This document shows, in pieces, positions 26,010 through 36,757 of a stretch of 64,000 nt of DNA. Made by a program: the position numbers and the translations under genes. The first letter of the stretch is position 1, and each line of letters starts with the position of its first letter. The notes under the pieces were generated by a model, which was not told the DNA's origin, did no database searches, and saw only the letters and a program-made list of their open reading frames with translations. The stretch is taken from the NCBI GenBank assembly GCA_964016885.1, contig OZ024753.1:22816001-22880000 (forward strand), written 5' to 3'. This DNA is from Eledone cirrhosa (taxonomy: Eukaryota).

Positions 26010-27990
26010 TGTTGGTGCTGACTGTCGTGTTGTTGGTGGTGGAGGTGGGTGGTGTTGATTGTCGTGTTGTTGGTGGTGGAGGTGGTGTTGGTGTTGACTG
26101 TCGTGTTGTTGGTGGTGGAGGTGGTGTTGGTGTTGACTGTCGTGTTGGTGGCGGTGGAGGTGGTGTTGGTGTTGACTGTCGTGTTGTTGGTGGTGGAGGT
26201 GGTGTTGGTGTTGACTGTCATGTTGGTGGTGGTGGAGGTGGTGTTGGTGTTGACTCTCGTGTTGGTGGTGGTGGAGGTGGTGTTGGTGTTGACTGTCGTG
26301 TTGGTGGTGGTGGAGGTGGTGTTGGTGTTGACTGTCGTGTTCTTGGTGGTGGTGTTGGTGTTGACTGTCGTGTTGATGGTGGTGGAGGTGGTGTTGGTGT
26401 TGACTGTCGTGTTGTTGGTGGTGGAGGTGGTGTTGGTGTTGACTGTCGTGTTGGTGGTGGTGGAGGTGGTGTTGGTGTTGACTGTCGTGTTGTTGTTGGT
26501 GGTGGTGGTGTTGGTGTTGACTGTTGTGTTGGTGGTGGTGGAGGTGGTGTCGTAGTTGACTGTCGTGTTGTTGGTGGTGGAGTTGGTGTTGGTGTTGACT
26601 GTCGTGTTGTTGGTGGTGGAGGTGGTGTTGGAGTTGACTGTCGTGTTGGTGGTGGTGGAGGTGGTGTTGGTGTTGACTGTCGTGTTGTTGTTGGTGGTGG
26701 TGGTGTTGGTGTTGACTGTTGTGTTGGTGGTGGTGGAGGTGGTGTCGTAGTTGACTGTCGTGTTGGTGGTGGTGGAGGAGGTGTTGGTGTTGACTGTCGT
26801 GTTGTTGGTGGTGGTGGTGGTGTTGGTGTTGACTGTCGTGTTGTTGTTGGTGGTGGTGGTGTTGGTGTTGTGTGTTGTGTTGGTGGTGGTGGAGGTGGTG
26901 TCGTAGTTAACTGTCGTGTTGTTGGTGGTGGAGGTGGTGTTGGTGTCGACTGCGTGTTGGTGGTGGAGGAGGTGTTGGTGTTGACTGTCTTGTTGTTGGT
27001 GGTGGTGGTGTTGGTGTTGACTGTCGTGTTGTTGGTGGTGGTGGAGGTGGTGTTGGTGTTGACTGTCGTGTTGGTGGTGGTGGAGGTGGTGTTGGTGTTG
27101 ACTGTCGTGTTGTTGGTGGTGGGGGTGGTGTTGGTGTTGATTGTCGTGTTGTTGGTGGTGGAGTTGGTGTTGGTGTTGACTGTCGTGTTGTTGGTGGTGG
27201 AGGTGGTGTTGGTGTTGACTGTCGTGTTGTTGGTGGTGGTGTTGGTGTTGACTGTCGTGTTGATGGTGGTGGAGGTGGTGTTGGTGTTGACTGTCGTGTT
27301 GTTGGTGGTGGAGGTGGTGTTGGTGTTGACTGTCGTGTTGTTAGTGGTGGTGTTGGTGTTGACTGTCGTGTTGATGGTGGTGGAGGTGGTGTTGGTGTTG
27401 ACTGTCGTGTTGTTGGTGGTGGAGGTGGTGTTGGTGTCGACTGTCGTGTTGGTGGTGGTGGAGGTGGTGTTGGTGTTGACTGTCGTGTTGTTGGTGGTGG
27501 AGGTGGTGTTGGTGTTGACTGTCGTGTTGTTGGTGGTGGAGGTGGTGTTGGTGTTGACTGTCGTGTTGTTGGTGGTGGTGGTGGTGTTGGTGTTGACTGT
27601 TGTGTTGGTAGTGGTGGAGGTGGTGTTGGTGTTGACTGTTGTGTTGGTGGTGGTGGAGGTGGTGTCGTAGTTGACTGTCGTGTTGTTGGTGGTGGTGGTG
27701 GTGTTGGTGTTTACTGTCGTGTTGTTGTTGGTGGTGGTGGTGTTGGTGTTGACTGTTGTGTTGGTGGTGGTGGAGGTGGTGTCGTAGTTGACTGTCGTGT
27801 TGGTGGTGGTGGAGGAGGTGTTGGTGTTGACTGTCGTGTTGTTGGTGGTGGTGTTGGTGTTGGTGTTGACTGTCGTGTTGTTGTTGGTGGTGGTGGTGTT
27901 GGTGTTGAGTGTTGTGTTGGTGGTGGTGGAGGTGGTGTCGTAGTTAACTGTCGTGTTGTTGGTGGTGGAGGTGGTGTTGGTGTCGACTGC
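26010..27990. repeat. Dispersed diverged paralog of the ~13640-15500 block (a further partial paralog at ~29950-31530)
   Basis: Same marker order: GGAGGTGGGTGGTGTTGATT, ACTGTCATG, ACTCTC, GTTCTT, GTTGTGTGTTGT, GTCGACTGCG, ACTGTCTTG, GTTAGT, GGTAGT, TTTACTG. Confidence 0.85.
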
Positions 27991-30900
27991 GTGTTGGTGG
28001 TGGAGGAGGTGTTGGTGTTCACTGTCTTGTTGTTGGTGGTGGTGGTGTTGGTGTTGACTGTCGTGTTGTTGGTGGTGGAGGTGGTGTTGGTGTTGACTGT
28101 CGTGTTGTTGGTGGTGGAGGTGGTGTTGGTGTTGACTGTCGTGTTGTTGGTGGTGGAGGTGGTGTTGGTGTTGACTGTCGTGTTGTTGGTGGTGGTGGTG
28201 GTGTTGGTGTTGACTGTCGTGTTGTTGGTGGTGGAGGTGGTGTTGGTGTTGACTGTCGTGTTGTTGGTGGTGGAGGTGGTGTTGGTGTTGACTGTCGTGG
28301 AGGTGGTGGAGGTGATGTTGGTGTTGACTGTCGTGTTGATGGTGGTGGAGGTGGTGTTGGTGTTGACTGTCGTGTTGGTGGTGGTGGAGTTGGTGTTGGT
28401 GTTGAGTGTCGTGGAGGTGGTGTTGGTGTTGACTGTCGTGTTGTTGGTGGTGGAGGTCGTGTTGGTGTTGACTGTCGTGTTGTTGGTGGTGGAGGTGGTG
28501 TTGGTGTTGACTGTCGTGTTGTTGGTGGTGGAGGTGGTGTTGGTGTTGACTGTCGTGGAGGTGGTGGAGGTGGTGTTGGTGTTGACTGTCGTGTTGATGG
28601 TGGTGGAGGTGGTGTTGGTGTTGACTGTCGTGTTGGTGGTGGTGGAGGTGGTGTTGGTGTTGACTGTCGTGTTGTTGTTGGTGGGGGTGGTTTGGTGTTG
28701 ACTGTTGTGTTGGTGGTGGTGGAGGTGGTGTCGTAGTTGACTGTCGTGTTGTTGGTGGTGGTGTTGGTGTTGGTGTTGACTGTCGTGTTGTTGATGGTGG
28801 TGGTGGTGTCGGTGTTGACTGTCATGTTGTTGGTGGTGGTGGTGGTGTTGGTGTTGAGTGTTGTGTTGGTGGTGGTGGAGGTGGTGTTGGTGTTGACTGT
28901 CGTGTTGTTGGTGGTGGAGGTGGTGTTGGTGTTGACTGTCGTGTTTTTGTTGGTGGTGGTGGTGTTGGTGTTGACTGTTGTGTTGGTGGTGGTGGAGGTG
29001 GTGTCGTAGTTGACTGTCGTGTTGGTGGTGGTGGAGGAGGTGTTGGTGTTGACTGTCGTGTTGTTGGTGGTGGCGGTGGTGTTGGTGTTGAGTGTTGTGT
29101 TGGTGGTGGTGGAGGTGGTGTCGTAGTTAACTGTCGTGTTGTTGGTGGTGGAGGTGGTGTTGGTGTCGACTGCGTGTTGGTGGTGGAGGAGGTGTTGGTG
29201 TTGACTGTCGTGTTGTTGTTGGTGGTGGTGGTGTTGGTGTTGACAGTCGTGTTGGTGGTGGTGGAGTTGGTGTTGGTGTTGACTGTCGTGTTGTTGGTGG
29301 TGGAGGTCGTGTTGGTGTTGACTGTCGTGTTGTTGGTGGTGGAGGTGGTGTTGGTGTTGACTGTCGTGGAGGTGGTGGAGGTGGTGTTGGTGTTGACTGT
29401 CGTGTTGTTGGTGGTGGAGGCGGTGTTGGTGTTGACTGTCGTGTTGGTGGTGGTGGAGGTGGTGTTGGTGGTAACTGTCGTGTTGGTGGTGGTGGAGGTG
29501 GTGTTGGTGTTGACTGTCGTGTTGTTGGTGGTGGAGGTGGTGTTGGTGTTGACTGTCGTGTTGGTGGTGGTGGAGGTGGTGTTGGTGTTGACTGTCGTGT
29601 TGGTGGTGGTGGAGGTGGTGTTGGTGTTGACTGTCGTGTTGTTGGTGGTGGAGGTGGGTGGTGTTGATTGTCGTGTTGTTGGTGGTGGAGGTGGTGTTGG
29701 TGCTGACTGTCGTGTTGTTGGTGGTGGAGGTGGTGTTGGTGTTGATTGTCGTGTTGATGGTGGTGAAGGTGGTGTTGGTGCTGACTGTCGTGTTGTTCGT
29801 GGTGGAGGTGGGTGGTGTTGATTGTCGTGTTGTTGGTGGTGGAGGTGGTGTTGGTGCTGACTGTCGTGTTGTTGGTGGTGGAGGTGGTGTTGGTGTTGAT
29901 TGTCGTGTTGGTGGTGGTGAAGGTGGTGTTTGTGCTGACTGTCGTGTTGTTGGTGGTGGAGGTGGTGTTGGTGTTGACTGTCGTGTTGTTGGTGGTGGAG
30001 GTGGTGTTGGTGTTGACTGTCGTGTTGGTGGTGGTGGAGGTGGTGTTGGTGTTGACTGTCGTGTTGTTGGTGGTGGAGGTGGTGTTGGTGTTGACTGTCG
30101 TGTTGGTGGTGGTGGAGGTGGTGTTGGTGTTGACTCTCGTGTTGGTGGTGGTGGAGGTGGTGTTGGTGTTGACTGTCGTGTTGGTGGTGGTGGAGGTGGT
30201 GTTGGTGTTGACTGTCGTGTTGTTGGTGGTGGAGGTGGTGTTGGTGTTGACTGTCGTGTTGGTGGTGGTGGAGGTGGTGTTGGTGTTGACTGTCGTGTTG
30301 TTGGTGGTGGAGGTGGTGTTGGTGTTGACTGTCGTGTTGTTGGTGGTGGAGGTGGTGTTGGTGTTGACTGTCGTGTTGGTGGTGGTGGAGGTGGTGTTGG
30401 TGTTGACTGTCGTGTTGTTGGTGGTGGAGGTGGTGTTGGTGTTGACTGTCGTGTTGGTGGTGGTGGAGGTGGTGTTGGTGTTGACTGTCGTGTTGGTGGT
30501 GGAGGTGGTGTTGGTGTTGACTGTCGTGTTGGTGGTGGTGGAGGTGGTGTTGGTGTTGACTGTCGTGTTGGTGGTGGTGGAGGTGGTGTTGGTATTGACT
30601 GTCGTGTTGTTGGTGGTGGGGGTGGTGTTCGTGTTGATTGTCGTGTTGTTGGTGGTGGAGGTGATGTTGGTGTTGACTCTCGTGTTGGTGGTGGTGGAGG
30701 TGGTGTTGGTGTTGACTCTCGTGTTGGTGGTGGTGGAGGTGGTGTTGGTGTTGACTCTCGTGTTGGTGGTGGTGGAGGTGGTGTTGGTGTTGACTGTCGT
30801 GTTGGTGGTGGTGGAGGTGGTGTTGGTGTTGACTGTCGTGTTGTTGGTGGTGGTGTTGGTGTTGACTGTCGTGTTGATGGTGGTGGAGGTGGTGTTGGTG

Positions 30901-31494
30901 TTGACTGTCGTGTTGTTGGTGGTGGTGTTGGTGTTGGTGTTGACTCTCGTGTTGGTGGTGGTGGAGGTGGTGTTGGTGTTGACTGTCGTGTTGGTGGTGG
31001 TGGAGGTGGTGTTGGTGTTGACTGTCGTGTTGGTGGTGGTGGAGGTGGTGTTGGGGTAGACTGTCGTGTTGTTGTTGGTGGTGGTGGTGTTGGTGTTGAC
31101 TGTTGTGTTGGTGGTGGTGGAGGTGGTGTCGTAGTTGACTGTCGTGTTGTTGGTGGTGGAGTTGGTGTTGGTGTTGACTGTCGTGTTGTTGGTGGTGGTG
31201 GTGGTGTTGGTGTTTACTGTCGTGTTGTTGTTGGTGGTGGTGGTGTTGGTGTTGACTGTTGTGTTGGTGGTGGTGGAGGTGGTGTCGTAGTTGACTGTCG
31301 TGTTGGTGGTGGTGGAGGAGGTGTTGGTGTTGACTGTCGTGTTGTTGGTGGTGGTGGTGGTGTTGGTGTTGACTGTCGTGTTGTTGTTGGTGGTGGTGGT
31401 GTTGGTGTTGTGTGTTGTGTTGGTGGTGGTGGAGGTGGTGTCGTAGTTAACTGTCGTGTTGTTGGTGGTGGAGGTGGTGTTGGTGTCGACTGCG

Positions 31495-34400
31495 TGTTGG
31501 TGGTGGAGGAGGTGTTGGTGTTGACTGTCTTGTTGTTGGTGGTGGTGGTGTTGGTCTTGACTGTCGTGTTGTTGGTGGTGGTGGTGGTGGTGTTGGTGTT
31601 GACTGTCGTGTTGTTGGTGGTGGAGGTGGTGTTGGTGTTGACTGTCGTGTTGTTGGTGGTGGTGGAGGTGGTGTTGGTGTTGACTGTCGTGGAGGTGGTG
31701 GAGGTGGTGTTGGTGTTGACTGTCGTGTTGGTGGTGGAGGTGGTGTTGGTGTTGACCGTCGTGTTGGTGGTGGAGGAGGTGGTGTTGGTGTTGACTGTCG
31801 TGTTGTTGGTGGTGGAGGTGGTGTTGGTGTTGACTGTCGTGTTGTTGGTGGTGGAGGTGGTGTTGGTGTTGACTGTCGTGGAGGTGGTGGAGGTGGTGTT
31901 GGTGTTGACTGTCGTGTTGTTGGTGGAGGTGGTGTTGGTGTTGACTGTCGTGTTGTTGGTGGAGGTGGTGTTGGTGTTGACCGTCGTGTTGGTGGTGGAG
32001 GAGGTGGTGTTGGTGTTGACTGTCGTGTTGTTGGTGGTGGAGGTGGTGTTGGTGTTGACTGTCGTGTTGGTTGTGGTGGAGGTGGTGTTGGTGTTGACTG
32101 TCGTGTTGTTGGTGGTGGAGTTGGTGTTGGTGTTGACTGTCGTGTTGGTGGTGCTGGAGGTGGTGTTGGTGTTGACTGTCGTGTTGGTGGTGCTGGAGGT
32201 GGTGTTGGTGTTGACTGTCGTGTTGGTGGTGGTGGAGGTGGTGTTGGTGTTGACTGTCGTGTTGTTGGTGGTGGAGGTGGTGTTGGTGTTGACTGTCGTG
32301 TTGGTGGTGCTGGAGGTGGTGTTGGTGTTGACTGTCGTGTTGGTGGTGGTGGAGGTGGTGTTGGTGTAGGCTGTCGTGTTGGTGGTGGTGGAGGTGGTGT
32401 TGGTGTTGACTGTCGTGTTGGTGGTGGTGGAGGTGGTGTTGGTGTTGACTGTCGTGTTGTTGGTGGTGGAGGTGGTGTTGGTGTAGACTGTCGTGTTGGT
32501 GGTGGTGGAGGTGGTGTTGGTGTTGACTGTCGTGTTGGTGGTGGTGGAGGTGGTGTTGGTGTTGACTGTCGTGTTGTTGGTGGTGGAGGTGGTGTTGGTG
32601 TTGACTGTCGTGTTGGTGGTGGTGGAGGTGGTGTTGGTGTTGACTCTCGTGTTGTTGGTGGTGGAGGTGGTGTTGACTGTCGTGTAGGTGGTGGTGGAGG
32701 TGGTGTTGGTGTAGACTGTCGTGTTGGTGGTGGTGGAGGTGGTGTTGGTGTTGACTCTCGTGTTGTTGGTGGTGGAGGTGGTGTTGGTGTTGACTGTCGT
32801 GTTGGTGGTGGTGGAGGTGGTGTTGGTGTTGACTCTCGTGTTGTTGGTGGTGGAGGTGGTGTTGACTGTCGTGTAGGTGGTGGTGGAGGTGGTGTTGGTG
32901 TAGACTGTCGTGTTGGTGGTGGTGGAGGTGGTGTTGGTGTTGACTGTCGTGTTGTTGGTGGTGGAGGTGGTGTTGACTGTCGTGTAGGTGGTGGTGGAGG
33001 TGGTGTTGGTGTAGACTGTCGTGTTGGTGGTGGTGGAGGTGGTGTTGGTGTTGACTGTCGTGTTGTTAGTGGTGGAGGTGGTGTTGGTGTTGACTGTCGT
33101 GTTGGTGGTGGTGGAGGTGGTGTTGGTGTTGACTCTCGTGTTGTTGGTGGTGGAGGTGGTGTTGACTGTCGTGTAGGTGGTGGTGGAGGTGGTGTTGGTG
33201 TAGACTGTCGTGTTGGTGGTGGTGGAGGTGGTGTTGGTGTTGACTGTCGTGTTGTTGGTGGTGGAGGTGGTGTTGGTGTTGACTCTCGTGTTGTTGGTGG
33301 TGGAGGTGGTGTTGACCGTCGTGTTGGTGGTGGTGGAGGTGGTGTTGGTGTAGACTGTCGTGTTGGTGGTGGTGGAGGTGGTGTTGGTGTTGACTGTCGT
33401 GTTGTTGGTGGTGGAGGTGGTGTTGGTGTTGACTGTCGTGTTGTTGGTGGTGGAGGTGGTGTTGGTGTTGACTGTCGTGTTGGTGGTGGTGGAGGTGGTG
33501 TTGGTGTTGATTGTCGTGTTGTTGGTGGTGGAGGTGGTGTTGGTGTTGACTGTCGTGTTGGTGGTGGTGGAAGAGGTGTTGGTGTTGACTGTCGTGTTGG
33601 TGGTGGTGGAGTTGGTGTTGGTGTTGACTGTCGTGTTGGTGGTGGTGGAGTTGGTGTTGGTGTTGACTGTCGTGTTGTTGGTGGAGGTGGTGGTGTTGGT
33701 GTTGACTGTCGTGTTGGTGGTGGTGGAGGTGGTGTTGGTGTTGACTGTCGTGTTGGTGGAGGTGGAGGTGGTGTTGGTGTTGATTGTCGTGTTGTTGGTG
33801 GTGGAGGTGGTGTTGGTGTTGACTGTCGTGTTGTTGGTGGTGGAGGAGGTGTTGGTGTCGACTGTCGTGTTGCTGGTGGTGGAGGTGGTGTTGACTGTCG
33901 TGTTGTTGGTGGTGGAGGAGGTGTTGGTGTCGACTGTCGTGTTGGTGGTGGAGGTGGTGTTGGTGTTGTTGGTGCTGGAGGTGGTGTTGGTGTTGAGTGT
34001 CGTGTTGTTGGTGGTGGAGGTGGTGTTGGTGTTGACTGTCGTGTTGGTGGTGGTGGAGGTGGTGTTGGTGTTGACTGTCGTGTTGTTGGTGGAGGTGGTG
34101 TTGGTGTCGACTGTTGTGTTGGTGGTGGTGGAGGTGGTGTTGGTGGTGGAGGTGGTGTTGGTGTTGACTGTCGTGTTGGTGGTGGTGGAGGTGGTGTTGG
34201 TGTTGACTGTCGTGTTGGTGGTGGAGGTGGTGTTGGTGTTGACTGTCGTGTTGGTGGTGGAGGTGGTGTTGGTGTTGACTGTCGTGTTGGTGGTGGTGGA
34301 GGTGGTGTTGGTGTCGACTGTCGTGTTGGTGGTGGAGGTGGTGTTGGTGTTGACTGTCGTGTTGGTGGTGGTGGAGGTGGTGTTGACTGTCGTGATGTTG

Positions 34401-36756
34401 GTGGTGGAGGTGGTGTTGGTGTTGACTGTCGTGTTGGTGGTGGAGGTGGTGTTGGTGTTGACTGTCGTGTTGGTGGTGGAGGTGGTGTTGATGTTGACTG
34501 TCGTGTTGGTGGTGGTGGAGGTGGTGTTGGTGTTGACTGTCGTGTTGGTGGTGGAGGTGGTGTTGGTGTTGACTGTCGTGTTGGTGGTGGTGGAGGTGGT
34601 GTTGGTGTCGACTGTCGTGTTGGTGGCGGAGGTGGTGTTGGTGTTGACTGTCGTGTTGGTGGTGGTGGAGGTGGTGTTGGTGTTGACTGTCGTGATGTTG
34701 GTGGTGGAGGTGGTGTTGGTGTTGACTGTCGTGTTGGTGGTGGTGGAGGTGGTGTTGGTGTTGACTGTCGTGATGTTGGTGGTGGAGGTGGTGTTGGTGT
34801 TGACTGTCGTGTTGGTGGTGGTGGAGGTGGTGTTGGTGTTGACTGTCGTGTTGGTGGTGGTGGAGGTGGTGTTGGTGTTGACTGTCTTGTTGTTGGTGGT
34901 GGTGGTGTTGGTGTTGACTGTCGTGTTGTTGGTGGTGGTGGTGGAGGTGGTGTTGGTGTTGACTGTCGTGTTGGTGGTGGTGGAGGTGGTGTTGGTGTTG
35001 ACTGTCGTGTTGTTGGTGGTGGAGGTGGTGTTGGTGTTGACTGTCGTGTTGTTGGTGGTGGAGGTGGTGTTGGTGTTGACTGTCGTGTTGGTGGTGGTGG
35101 AGGTGGTGTTCGTGTTGACTGTCGTGTTGGTGGTGGTGGAGGTGGTGTTGGTGTTGACTGTCGTGTTGGTGGTGGTGGAGGTGGTGTTGGTGTTGACTGT
35201 CGTGATGTTGGTGGTGGAGGTGGTGTTGGTGTTGACTGTCGTGTTGTTGGTGGTGGAGGTGGTGTTGGTGTTGACTGTCGTGTTGGTGGTGGTGGAGGTG
35301 GTGTTCGTGTTGACTGTCGTGTTGGTGGTGGTGGAGGTGGTGTTGGTGTTGACTGTCGTGTTGGTGGTGGTGGAGGTGGTGTTCGTGTTGACTGTCGTGT
35401 TGGTGGTGGTGGAGGTGGTGTTGGTGTTGACTGTCGTGTTGGTGGTGGTGGAGGTGGTGTTCGTGTTGACTGTCGTGTTGGTGGTGGTGGAGGTGGTGTT
35501 GGTGTTGACTGTCATGTTGTTGGTGGTGGAGGTGGGGTTGGTGTTGACTGTCGTGTTGTTGGTGGTGGAGGTGGTGTTGGTGTTGACTGTCGTGTTGGTG
35601 GTGGTGGAGGTGGTGTTCGTGTTGACTGTCGTGTTGGTGGTGGTGGAGGTGGTGTTGGTGTTGACTGTCGTGTTGGTGGTGGTGGAGGTGGTGTTGGTGT
35701 TGACTGTCGTGATGTTGGTGGTGGAGGTGGTGTTGGTGTTGACTGTCGTGTTGGTGGTGGTGGAGGTGGTGTTGGTGTTGACTGTCGTGTTGTTGGTGGT
35801 GGAGGTGGTGTTGGTGTTGACTGTCTTGTTGTTGGTGGTGGTGGTGTTGGTGTTGACTGTCGTGTTGTTGGTGGTGGAGGTGGTGTTGGTGTTGACTGTC
35901 GTGTTGGTGGTGGTGGTGGTGGTGTTGGTGTTGACTGTCGTGTTGGTGGTGATGGAGGTGGTGTTGGTGTCGACTGTCGTGTTGGTGGTGGAGGTGGTGT
36001 TGGTGTTGACTGTCGTGTTGGTGGTGGTGGAGGTGGTGTCGTAGTTGACTGTCGTGTTGGTGGTGGTGGAGGTGGTGTTGGTGTCGACTTTCGTGTTGGT
36101 GGTGGTGGAGGTGGTGTTGGTGTTGACTGTTGTGTTGGTGGTGGAGGTGGTGTTGGTGTTGACTGTCGTGTTGGTGGTGGAGGTGGTGTTGGTGTTGACT
36201 GTCGTGTTGGTGGTGGTGGAGGTGGTGTTGGTGTCGACTGTCGTGTTGGTGGTGGAGGTGGTGTTGGTGTTGACTGTCGTGTTTGTGGTGGTGGAGGTGG
36301 TGTTGGTGTTGACTGTCGTGTTGGTGGTGGAGGTGGTGTTGGTGTTGACTGTCGTGTTGGTGGTGGTGGAGGTGGTGTTGGTGTTGACTGTCGTGTTGGT
36401 GGTGGAGGTGGTGTTGGTGTTGACTGTCGTGTTGGTGGTGGAGGTGGTGTTGGTGTTGACTGTCGTGTTGGTGGTGGTGGAGGTGGTGTTGGTGTTGACT
36501 GTCGTGTTGGTGGTGGAGGTGGTGTTGGTGTTGACTGTCGTGTTGGTGGTGGTGGAGGTGGTGTTGGTGTTGACAGTCGTGTTGGTGGTGGAGGTGGTGT
36601 TGGTGTTGACTGTCGTGTTGGTGGTGGTGGAGGTGGTGTTGGTGTTGACTGTCGTGTTGGTGGTGGAGGTGGTGTTGGTGTTGACTGTCGTGTTGGTGGT
36701 GGTGGAGGTGGTGTTGGTGTTGACTGTCGTGTTGGTGGTGGAGGTGGTGTTGGTGT
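31495..36756 (-). other. Longest frameshift-free stretch of the array (~5.2 kb). The minus strand reads as ~1,750 codons of Thr/Asn-rich mucin-like repeat, with coding status unsupported
   Basis: No non-triplet indel was seen between GACTGCG (~31492) and TGGTGTTGGTTGAC (~36757). The stretch overlaps ORF 31214..35515(-). There is no signal peptide, unique domain or credible start, and the ATG is only a CGT->CAT monomer variant. Confidence 0.2.
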
Positions 36757-36757
36757 T
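36458..36757. repeat. Alternating 39/36-bp monomers (75-bp dimer x4) within a zone rich in 36-mers
   Basis: (GGT)3GGA and (GGT)2GGA monomers alternate strictly across this interval. Confidence 0.8.
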
